This document shows, piece by piece, positions 1 to 7,651 of a stretch of 32,000 nt of DNA (its first letter is position 1; each line of letters begins with the position of its first letter). Origin of the DNA: Candidatus Kuenenia stuttgartensis (GTDB taxonomy: Bacteria > Planctomycetota > Brocadiia > Brocadiales > Brocadiaceae); assembly GCF_900232105.1 (NCBI RefSeq), contig NZ_LT934425.1:2670001-2702000 (forward strand). Direction: 5' to 3'. The notes beneath the pieces were generated by a model, which saw only the letters and a program-made list of their open reading frames with translations, had not been told where the DNA came from and ran no database searches. Made by a program: the position numbers and the translations under genes.

Positions 1-1
1 T

Positions 2-571
2 GAAAATGATATAACGCTTATAAAAAACCGTTATATCAACTCATGCCATCATCTTGATTCACAACTCGGCAGGATAATACATTATTTGGAATCAAATCAA
101 CTGCTTGAAAAAACCATTGTTATCATTACGGGCGACCATGGTGAGGAATTTATGGAAAAAGGACATTGGGGACACAACTCCGCCTATACGGAAGAACAGA
201 TCCGGGTACCTTTAGTACTCTGGCTGCCAAAGGGACAGCCTCAGCTCGTTACAAAAATGACCAGTCACCTGGATATCCCCGCAACCATAATGCCTCTCTT
301 CGGTACGACAAATCCTGCGAGCGACTATTCGCTGGGACACAATCTCCTTGAACCTACCGGGCGAACATACACTGTTGTTTGCGATTGGGATAGTCTTTGC
401 TATGTTAACCATGACTACAAGGCTGTTTTCCCGCTGCAATCGTATAATTTTCACAAACAAACCACTACCACCAGAACAGATCAGGAAATAGCAGACAAAA
501 AAAGATTCTTTACGTCATCTAAAAACGATCTTGCACTTTTGATGACGGAAATCAATAAATTCAATCAATAA
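2..571 (+). CDS. sulfatase-like hydrolase/transferase (alkaline phosphatase superfamily), C-terminal part; 5' end lies outside the window
   Basis: The frame is open from nt 2 with no stop before listed ORF 86..571. ITGDHGEEF...GHWGHNS is typical of the sulfatase / YejM / LTA-synthase type catalytic domain. Confidence 0.8.
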   Translation, partial: ENDITLIKNRYINSCHHLDSQLGRIIHYLESNQLLEKTIVIITGDHGEEFMEKGHWGHNSAYTEEQIRVPLVLWLPKGQPQLVTKMTSHLDIPATIMPLFGTTNPASDYSLGHNLLEPTGRTYTVVCDWDSLCYVNHDYKAVFPLQSYNFHKQTTTTRTDQEIADKKRFFTSSKNDLALLMTEINKFNQ

Positions 572-674
572 ATTAGGCCTCCGGCAATTTTTTCATGTAG
601 AGCGAAGTGTCATTTCACTCGTGACGAAGCAATCGTTTCGTCCTACAACATTGAAATTCCTAAACGTTAAATTA

Positions 675-1153
675 ATGAGAATAGCTCCGCTATTTCAAAA
701 GCGGTTCTCTCCATGGGTAAGTATTTTATTCCTTTTTCTTATGCTACTATTCCTTGGTTTTGAAGTATACGCCATGCTTTGGTATCACTTCAAAGGACAC
801 GAGGAGCTATCCCAGCTATCCGGAAATTTTTTGCACGTCAGAGAAGAATTGATAAGGGAAAAACCGAAGGAAGAATTCCGGTTTCCGTTATCGGCGATAC
901 GAAAAGTGCGGGCACCTTTGAGAAGATTGCCAGGGAACTGCGCGAAGAGCCCTTATCGTTCGTTGTCTTTCCCGGAGATTTTGTGCGTAGAGGCACAGAA
1001 GGAGAACATCGTTATTTCAAGGCGGAGTTTGCAGCCGAATTTGCATTTCCCTTTTCAGCATCTTTTCTTAATAGAATACTTTTCGCAAGCGTTGTCTGGT
1101 TAGGTATTGGGGTCGCCTCCCGACTATTGACGATGTTTGCACGCAATGCATAG
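675..1153 (+). pseudogene. metallophosphoesterase-like gene fragment, frameshifted and 3'-truncated
   Basis: ORF 621..1103 supplies Met675 and a TM helix (SILFLFLMLLFLGF) up to KPKEEFRF. The sense then continues in ORF 779..1153 as VSVIGDTKS...FVVFPGDFVRRG, which are metallophosphoesterase motifs I and II. The frame switch is near nt 880-890. The later GNHE/GH motifs are absent. Confidence 0.4.
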
Positions 1154-1348
1154 TCAAATGAATCTGTTTTCCGAAAAACACCACAGACAAGAAATGTTGT
1201 ATCTGACAGTAGATTATGGTGGAATGACATTAACAGAAACAGAGCAAAGGTAGTGCAGGGGCGAAGCATTTGCTGTAAATTGTCATAAATGCATTTATAC
1301 CCAAACGTGTAAATGCTTCGTCCCTGCTTTTGCACGAGTGATTATGAA

Positions 1349-1897
1349 ATGAAAAGATCAAAATTATTATTCTTTATTTTTATTACTGAGGGTTTTGCAT
1401 TACTGTTGGCACTGGTTCTTGCAAAATATCTAAGAATTCAATTGTTGCCTCTGACTGAAAATATTTTACGTGATACTTTCACTGGCACTATTGGGGCTGC
1501 TATTCCTTTCTCTATCTTTGTGCTTCTTCTTTCGGAAAAATCGGGGAAGATGCCTTTCGCAAATTCACTGAGGCAAACGATACTGCATGACCTAAAACCT
1601 CTGTTTTCTCATTTAACGCTCCCTGATATGTGTATAATTTCTCTTTTAGCGGGATTTTCCGAAGAATTACTGTTTCGGGGAGTACTGCAAAATAAACTTG
1701 GCATTTTTGCAGCAAGCGTGATTTTTGGGCTACTCCACTTTATCTCACCGGCATATTTTGTTATTGCATTTTTAATGAGTATATATATCGGATTTTTATG
1801 TTACTATTTACAAAGCCTGCTTATCCCCATACAAATACACTTTGTTTACGATTTGTGCGCATTGATCTATCTGAAACATTTCAGGAGGTTTAAATAA
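1349..1897 (+). CDS. CPBP family intramembrane glutamic endopeptidase (CAAX protease / Abi-like)
   Basis: Multi-TM ORF carrying SEELLFRG (EExxxR), FGLLHF (FxxxH) and IHFVYD (HxxxD). The likely start is ATG 1349 (MKRSKLLFF) inside listed ORF 1313..1897. Confidence 0.8.
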   Translation: MKRSKLLFFIFITEGFALLLALVLAKYLRIQLLPLTENILRDTFTGTIGAAIPFSIFVLLLSEKSGKMPFANSLRQTILHDLKPLFSHLTLPDMCIISLLAGFSEELLFRGVLQNKLGIFAASVIFGLLHFISPAYFVIAFLMSIYIGFLCYYLQSLLIPIQIHFVYDLCALIYLKHFRRFK

Positions 1898-1949
1898 AGG
1901 CAACACTATTTAGTTTTTAGAAAAAAATCTGCCGATAAGTGATAGGATT

Positions 1950-2016
1950 TGTAGTGCGACGAACCTGGTCGTACTACATTGTTGGAATTTTTCAAAAAAC
2001 TAAAGTGTTACGAAAA
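1950..2016. repeat. composite intergenic repeat: hairpin tgtagtgcgac...gtcgtactaca (1950-1978) plus module ttggaatttttcaaaaaactaaagtgttacga
   Basis: 11-bp stem including one G-T pair. Related copies sit at 11658-11695 (inverted), 11846-11880 and 20143-20171. The tail module recurs at 28213-28228. Confidence 0.7.
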
Positions 2017-2048
2017 TTGAGACAAATATTTTCGATCAACAAGGGTGG

Positions 2049-2073
2049 CACGGACAAACTCTGTTTGTCCGTG
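2049..2073. repeat. perfect hairpin cacggacaaac-tct-gtttgtccgtg
   Basis: 11-bp perfect inverted repeat with a 3-nt loop, 40 nt upstream of the RCC1 gene start. It is the only copy in the window. Confidence 0.6.
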
Positions 2074-2112
2074 TCATCCTTGCAATGAATTTTATTTAAA
2101 AGGAATACGATT

Positions 2113-3276
2113 ATGAGAAATATTTTTTCCCATTTTATCTTCTCCGTATGTAAACTGTTTTTGTGCCTGGTTGTTGTGTTTCTCGTTTCAACACTGGCGG
2201 TCAAAACTTCCTTTGCTGTTCAGGTTGCGCCCAAAATAGCGGCTGGCGCATTTCATACCCTTGCGCTAAAACCAGACGGCTCTCTCTGGTCGTGGGGAAA
2301 AAATGAATACGGCCAACTTGGTGACGGCACCATCAAAAACAAACATTCCCCCGTGCAGGTAAAACACCTTAGCAGTATTATTGTAATCGATGGAGGAGCG
2401 TGGCACAGTATTGCTTTAAAATCCGATGGAACAGTGTGGGCATGGGGAGGAAATTGGGCGGGTCAATTAGGAGACGGTTCCTATAAAAGCAGCAACATTC
2501 CTATTAAAACAAAAGAATTAAGCGGCATTATCGCCATTTCCTGCGGAGGACAACACAATCTGGCGCTAAAATCTGATGGAACGGTATGGGCATGGGGCAT
2601 TAATGACAAGGGACAGCTCGGCATTGGCGATGCTAAAAACCAACAGATTCCCATCCGGATACCAGGACTAAACAATATTGTTGCTATTAGCGCCGGGGGG
2701 TATCACAGCCTTGCCATTAAATCTGACGGGTCACTGTGGGCATGGGGCTCAAACAATATGGAACAATTGGGTGATGGAAGCGCTACCAACAGGTGTAGCC
2801 CTGTCCATGTAAGCAATCTTCGCGACATCATTGCCGTGAACGGGGGAGGCGATTTCAGCCTTGCATTGAAATCCGACGGCACAATCATGGCATGGGGGTC
2901 AAATGGCTTGAGTCAATTGGGCGATGGAACAACTACAAACAGAAACACACCCGTTAACGTATCTGATGTACGGGATATCATAGAAATAGCTGCTAAAGGG
3001 AATCATAGCCTTGCGCTTACCATTGAAGGCAAGGTTTGGGAATTTGGCAGCATAGGAGCGACTCCCACGGAAAAAGAAGTTACATTGCCTGCCTATCGCC
3101 CTGTTTTAGTAAACGAGATAACCGATGTTATTGCAATAGCATGCGGAGAATTCCACAATGTTGTGCTTAAAAACGACGGCAGTTTGTGGGTGTGGGGCAT
3201 AAATAATTTTGGTCAATTGGGAGATGGCACTGTCGGCAGCAAAACAAAACCCGTTTTGATCTGCAAATGGTATTGA
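2113..3276 (+). CDS. secreted RCC1-repeat (regulator of chromosome condensation-like) beta-propeller protein, about 7 blades
   Basis: N-terminal signal-like hydrophobic segment ending TSFA|VQ. Seven repeats of the H(S)LALKSDG(T/S)(V/L)WAWG.N..GQLGDG pattern. Confidence 0.9.
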   Translation: MRNIFSHFIFSVCKLFLCLVVVFLVSTLAVKTSFAVQVAPKIAAGAFHTLALKPDGSLWSWGKNEYGQLGDGTIKNKHSPVQVKHLSSIIVIDGGAWHSIALKSDGTVWAWGGNWAGQLGDGSYKSSNIPIKTKELSGIIAISCGGQHNLALKSDGTVWAWGINDKGQLGIGDAKNQQIPIRIPGLNNIVAISAGGYHSLAIKSDGSLWAWGSNNMEQLGDGSATNRCSPVHVSNLRDIIAVNGGGDFSLALKSDGTIMAWGSNGLSQLGDGTTTNRNTPVNVSDVRDIIEIAAKGNHSLALTIEGKVWEFGSIGATPTEKEVTLPAYRPVLVNEITDVIAIACGEFHNVVLKNDGSLWVWGINNFGQLGDGTVGSKTKPVLICKWY

Positions 3277-3289
3277 AGAAACATTCCCG

Positions 3290-3338
3290 TTGGCAGTCTA
3301 CTGTCGGCAAATTGCAGATTGTGGACTGTGGGCTGGGC
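3290..3338 (+). repeat. heptamer-periodic dispersed element (7 units: ttggcag tctactg tcggcaa attgcag attgtgg actgtgg gctgggc)
   Basis: Phased by hand. The same unit order occurs at 9040-9095, 10304-10345 (minus) and 23403-23472. It starts 13 nt after the RCC1 gene stop. Confidence 0.75.
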
Positions 3339-3421
3339 TAAGCCATGAGTGGCCGTTTACTGGGAACATATGTCGTCATGTATAATTTACAACGCACAAA
3401 CCTTTCTTTTTATAAAAGACT

Positions 3422-4348
3422 ATGAACACTATAAAATATTCCCAACATCTTTTCACCGCTCTTTCCGCCGCCGGTAAAGCGGGACGCGCAATCTTAGAAG
3501 TGTACTACACCGATTTTGCAGTTGAGCACAAAGACGATACATCTCCTTTGACGCTGGCAGACAAGCATTCGCATGAAGTTATTACAAAAGACCTGAAAAC
3601 CCTGACTACCGGCAATAATTCCGGCAATGCCAATGCTGTCTCCTCACTGCCTGTATTAAGTGAGGAAGGGAAAGAGATACCCTATACCGAGAGGAGATAC
3701 TGGGAATCTTTTTGGTTGGTTGATCCGCTTGACGGTACCAAGGAATTTATTAAGAGAAACGGCGAATTTACCGTAAACATTGCCCTTATCCATAAAAACA
3801 GGCCTGTTTTAGGTTGTATTTATGTGCCGGTCAAGGATGTTCTTTATTTTGCATGCGAAGGATTAGGGGCATATAGGCGGGAAAACAATCAAGGCATAGC
3901 AAATGTTTTATCATTAAAAGAACTTGTTGATAGTTCGGAAAGATTGCCATCACGCCATACTCATAAAAAGAATGTTGAAAACAATCGTTCCCCGGACGAA
4001 GATGGAATTCATCTGACGGTTATCGGAAGCCGTTCACATCCTTCGGAGCAATTTGCAAAATTTGTGGAAAGTTTGCGTGGTGAAGGGCGGAAAATTGAAA
4101 TCATCTCCGCAGGGAGTTCTCTGAAATTCTGCCTTTTGGCTGAGGGCAAGGCGGATATTTACCCAAGGTTTGGCCCAACAATGGAATGGGATACGGCGGC
4201 AGGACAAGCAATTGTCGAGCAGAGCAATGGGAAAATAATGGATGCAGAAACCAATATGCCTTTGAAATATAATAAGGAAAATCTGGTCAACCCGTTTTTT
4301 ATAGGAAGGGGAGAAAATAGTCCCTTCCCGCCCATTACAGGGCAATAG
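3422..4348 (+). CDS. cysQ: 3'(2'),5'-bisphosphate nucleotidase (inositol monophosphatase family)
   Basis: WLVDPLDGTKEFIKRNGEFTVNIALI and WDTAAGQAIV motifs are typical of CysQ. Two low-complexity insertions are present. Confidence 0.8.
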   Translation: MNTIKYSQHLFTALSAAGKAGRAILEVYYTDFAVEHKDDTSPLTLADKHSHEVITKDLKTLTTGNNSGNANAVSSLPVLSEEGKEIPYTERRYWESFWLVDPLDGTKEFIKRNGEFTVNIALIHKNRPVLGCIYVPVKDVLYFACEGLGAYRRENNQGIANVLSLKELVDSSERLPSRHTHKKNVENNRSPDEDGIHLTVIGSRSHPSEQFAKFVESLRGEGRKIEIISAGSSLKFCLLAEGKADIYPRFGPTMEWDTAAGQAIVEQSNGKIMDAETNMPLKYNKENLVNPFFIGRGENSPFPPITGQ

Positions 4349-4372
4349 TTACCAAAATTCTTAACCTTCATG

Positions 4373-4786
4373 CTATGTACTCAGGATTTCGCTTACTTTA
4401 TGAAATAATTTATCAGGAATTATCGGTTTTTGCAGAAAATATACTCTCCCATCCTGGAGGTCTTTGTTTGTTAAAATATTTTCTGAATATCCGCCCATAA
4501 ATAATGTTTTAATATCGGGTTTGATTTTTTTAATACGGTCATATGCATTCCTGCCATTCATTCCCGGCATCATGACGTCGAACAGCAGCATATCAATGCA
4601 GCCTTTATGTCCCTCAAATTTATTTACCGCGTCCTCACCGTCCACCGCGGAAATCACCTTGTATCCCTTGTTTTCAAGCAGTTTTTCCATTATTTCCCTC
4701 ACGGCATATTCATCTTCGGCCACAAGGATTGCTTCCGGCTTTTCGCTGCCTGCGGCATACATTGTTTCCGGCACGTCTATTACCAC
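4373..4786 (-). CDS. single-domain response regulator (CheY-like receiver)
   Basis: ILVAEDE...LLFDVMMPGMNG...KTLFMGGY receiver motifs. The listed start 4786 is GTG; ATG at 4762 is an alternative start. Confidence 0.85.
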   Translation of the reverse strand: MVIDVPETMYAAGSEKPEAILVAEDEYAVREIMEKLLENKGYKVISAVDGEDAVNKFEGHKGCIDMLLFDVMMPGMNGRNAYDRIKKIKPDIKTLFMGGYSENILTNKDLQDGRVYFLQKPIIPDKLFHKVSEILST

Positions 4787-4794
4787 TTTTTTGC

Positions 4795-4822
4795 AAAATG
4801 CAAAGAAATTACTGATAAGGTA
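4795..4822 (+). promoter_or_regulatory. 28-nt motif aaaatgcaaagaaattacYgataaggta, duplicated at 12194-12221; possible sigma70-like promoter (TGCAAA-N16-TATTAT)
   Basis: 27/28 identity between the two copies by hand alignment. Both are on the plus strand. The second copy ends 26 nt before the mnmA ATG. Confidence 0.3.
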
Positions 4823-5046
4823 TTATTGTATCAAACGATCGCTCACGGTTCACTAAATTATTGTCGTCAAAATCAATGGATATATTGTTGCAGAAACATC
4901 TGCCTCCCGACGCATCCGTTCACATTCTATTTCCACGAACGGCGACCGGACTTCCCGCTACAATAAAGAATTGCGGCTTGATGTTCCCCATACCGTATAG
5001 TAAAATCAGACCCGGTATGACATTGTTTCCCAGTAACAATTAAAAA

Positions 5047-5101
5047 CGCTCGTTCCCAAGTAGCGGCAAAGGCATGCCTTGCCGCTACTTGGGAACGAGC
5101 G
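5047..5101. repeat. long palindromic hairpin of the gttcccaRg...cYtgggaac family (copy a)
   Basis: cgctcgttcccaagtagcggcaaaggcatgccttgccgctacttgggaacgagcg, with a 1-nt bulge. Read on the minus strand it is followed by TTTTTA. It lies in the divergent gap between the receiver and kinase genes. Confidence 0.8.
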
Positions 5102-5191
5102 CGTAATGACAAAATGATTTAAAATGCTAAACAAGCACATCTTTCGTATTTCGCATCTCGAATTTCACCATTTCAGTCCGGAAAGTAGTAT

Positions 5192-7651
5192 ATGATAAAA
5201 GGCGTCACCCTCTTTAGCGGCATTGGCAGAAAGCTATTCTGCTGGTTTTTGCTGTTATCTATTTTCCCCATCATAGTTGTCGCTACACTTACATATCGGT
5301 ATGGTAAGGAAACTATTAAGAATGAACTCCTCAAAGAGGAAGCATTCATCGCCGAAGGGATCAAAAACCACATACTTACCATTCTTGACGCGGGTGAATA
5401 TTCGGCACAATTTTTCGCATCTGACGAGTTTATCCGAATGCATTTAGAGATGCTTAATCACAATCCTGACAACAAAAATGTCGTAAAAAAATTTAATGAT
5501 TATCTGGTGTACAAGACGAACCTGAATAAGGATTTTTATGAAACCTTTGTTTTAAACCCATCGGGCATAGTTGTTGCCTCAAGCGACGAAAACAGTATCG
5601 GAAAGAAGGAATGCGATGTTGATTATTTTATTTATGGCAAAAATGGTCCTTATATTAAGGATATCTACATAGACAGGGATACGGGAGAGTCTTCTATGGC
5701 CTTTGCGTCTCCTATCATTAGGAAACGCGGACGAAAATTCCTGGGAGTTTTAGTGATCCGTTATAACGCAACGAAGTTAAATGAGATTACCACTGGCAAA
5801 AAGCTGCTTATAAAAGATTATGGCGGCACTTTCCTCAGAAGGGGAGAAACCAGCGAGGCATATATTATAAATAAAAACTATTTGATGATTACTGAATCAA
5901 GATTTAAAACGAATGCTATTTTAACGCAATCGGTTCCTTCTGAACCGGTCACTGCTGTATTTTTAAACGGGCATGAGTTTGTAGGGGTTTACAAGGATTA
6001 CCGGGGTGTTAGTGTTATTGGCGCCGCACGGTACTTAAAGAGAATGGAATGGGTTTTACTGGTGGAAACAGATGCATCGGAGGCATATTATCCGATCTAT
6101 AGATTAAAATACCGCGCAATCACCATGGTTGGCATATGCATTATCGGCGTGATATTTGTATCATTATTTGTTTCACGGGGGATTATCAATCCCATCCTCA
6201 TGCTTGTTAGGGGTATGAAAAGAGTGGCAGCAGGCGATTTGGATTTTCGGATAAAAAACAACCTGAAAGACGAACTGGGAGAATTGACCGATTCGTTTAA
6301 CAAAATGACGTATTATATTAAAGATTCCAGTGAAAAGATCCTGAACCTAAAGGAGTCCCTTGAAGAAAAAAAAGAATATTTAGAGGGCATTTTAACGTTT
6401 GCAAATGAATTGATCTTTATGCTCGACGCACAGGGCAATTTTACCTTTATCAATCCTAAGATAAAAGACTGGGGCTACGAAGAAGACGAGCTGATAGGGC
6501 GGCATTTGATTTCTCTTTTATTCAACAAACAACAAATGCAGGTGAACCAGATTCTTCATGCCGGTTCCAGCAGGAGAGTGAAAGTCGAAGCGGTGGATAA
6601 ACAAAACAATGTACGAAATGTATTGCTCAGCACTTCCCGGATAAAAAACAAGGAGGGACAATTAATAGGCATATTGGGGGTTGCCAGCGATATTACTGAA
6701 CTAAGAAGTCTGGAGCATAAACTTGTGCAATCGGACAGGCTGGCGTCCATCGGCCAGTTAGTGGCGGGAATTGCCCATGAACTAAATAACCCTATCGGCG
6801 TAATATACCTCTATAGCACAGAAAGTCTGAGGCTTTTTGAAAGGATTACCAACACTTTTAAAGAAAGCAACACACTTTCCATCATTGAAGATACACAGCG
6901 GCTGATCAAGGTTCTTTCTGCCATTGACTGCGGGTCGTTTGTTAATAAGGAACTGTTTGAACAGGAATTGTCCTCCATAATTGAAAACCTGAAAAATAAC
7001 AGCAGGAGATTTGAGGAGACCTATAACGTTATCAGCAAAAACAGATTTCATTTACATGAATACCTTGAGGGTTCCGCAAAGGAATCCATTCGATGTAAAG
7101 AATTAATTGGCGGGTTGCTGGATTTTTCCCGGCAGAAAGAGCCGAGAATGAGCTGGTCAAATGTCAATAAGTTGATCGACAATATACTCAATATTGTGGA
7201 AAAGCAATACCGAAAAGAGAAGATTGACGTTGTGAGAAATTTTGATCCCCGTATCCCTGATACGATGATGGATAGCAGCCAGGTAGAGCAGGTTATTATT
7301 AACATTGCCAACAATGCCGTCTTTGCAATAAAAGAATCTCTGAAAGAAGCCTTGCGTGAAGACGTCCGCAAAAAAGGGATACTGACAATTGGCACACATT
7401 TTCACGCAGATAAGGAATCGATAGAAATATGCATAAAAGATAACGGCATGGGCATCAATAAGCATGATTTGGGGAAGATATTTGATCCTTTTTTTACGGC
7501 AAGAAAAGATGGAAAGGGGACGGGACTGGGATTAAGCATCAGCTACGGAATTGTAAAAATGCACGATGGAAGTATTGAGGCAGAAAGTATGGCGGGAAAA
7601 GGTACAACATTCAGGATATTCCTGCCGGTAAAGGGGAAAAAACCAAAATGA
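5192..7651 (+). CDS. sensor histidine kinase (TM - Cache-like periplasmic domain - TM - HAMP - PAS - HisKA - HATPase_c)
   Basis: Two TM segments flank a ~270-aa domain. HAMP segment (AAGDLDFRI...ELGELTDSFNKM), PAS-like segment, H-box GIAHELNNP (His529), N-box NIANNA, G-boxes DNGMGI and GTGLGLS. Confidence 0.9.
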   Translation: MIKGVTLFSGIGRKLFCWFLLLSIFPIIVVATLTYRYGKETIKNELLKEEAFIAEGIKNHILTILDAGEYSAQFFASDEFIRMHLEMLNHNPDNKNVVKKFNDYLVYKTNLNKDFYETFVLNPSGIVVASSDENSIGKKECDVDYFIYGKNGPYIKDIYIDRDTGESSMAFASPIIRKRGRKFLGVLVIRYNATKLNEITTGKKLLIKDYGGTFLRRGETSEAYIINKNYLMITESRFKTNAILTQSVPSEPVTAVFLNGHEFVGVYKDYRGVSVIGAARYLKRMEWVLLVETDASEAYYPIYRLKYRAITMVGICIIGVIFVSLFVSRGIINPILMLVRGMKRVAAGDLDFRIKNNLKDELGELTDSFNKMTYYIKDSSEKILNLKESLEEKKEYLEGILTFANELIFMLDAQGNFTFINPKIKDWGYEEDELIGRHLISLLFNKQQMQVNQILHAGSSRRVKVEAVDKQNNVRNVLLSTSRIKNKEGQLIGILGVASDITELRSLEHKLVQSDRLASIGQLVAGIAHELNNPIGVIYLYSTESLRLFERITNTFKESNTLSIIEDTQRLIKVLSAIDCGSFVNKELFEQELSSIIENLKNNSRRFEETYNVISKNRFHLHEYLEGSAKESIRCKELIGGLLDFSRQKEPRMSWSNVNKLIDNILNIVEKQYRKEKIDVVRNFDPRIPDTMMDSSQVEQVIINIANNAVFAIKESLKEALREDVRKKGILTIGTHFHADKESIEICIKDNGMGINKHDLGKIFDPFFTARKDGKGTGLGLSISYGIVKMHDGSIEAESMAGKGTTFRIFLPVKGKKPK

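Noticed and set aside
621-1103. ORF 621..1103 as an intact 160-aa gene
   Set aside because: After ~residue 88 the translation loses protein-like character. The overlapping frame carries metallophosphoesterase motifs, which is better explained as a frameshifted pseudogene.
1012-1335. Minus-strand 107-aa ORF between the phosphoesterase remnant and the CPBP gene
   Set aside because: No motif, and it overlaps the pseudogene remnant and the CPBP upstream region. It is most likely noncoding.
2046-2084. TGGCAC at 2046-2051 with TTGCA at 2080-2084 as a sigma54 promoter for the RCC1 gene
   Set aside because: The spacing is ~28 nt instead of 5 nt. TGGCAC is simply part of the 2049-2073 hairpin arm, and there is no GG 10 nt upstream of the GC.
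4464-4966. Plus-strand ORFs 4464..4856 and 4607..4966, and similar long antisense ORFs (7543..8043, 8040..8508, 24399..24719, 29786..30163)
   Set aside because: They lie antisense to strongly supported CDSs or run into repeat-filled intergenic DNA, and they have low-complexity or atypical composition.
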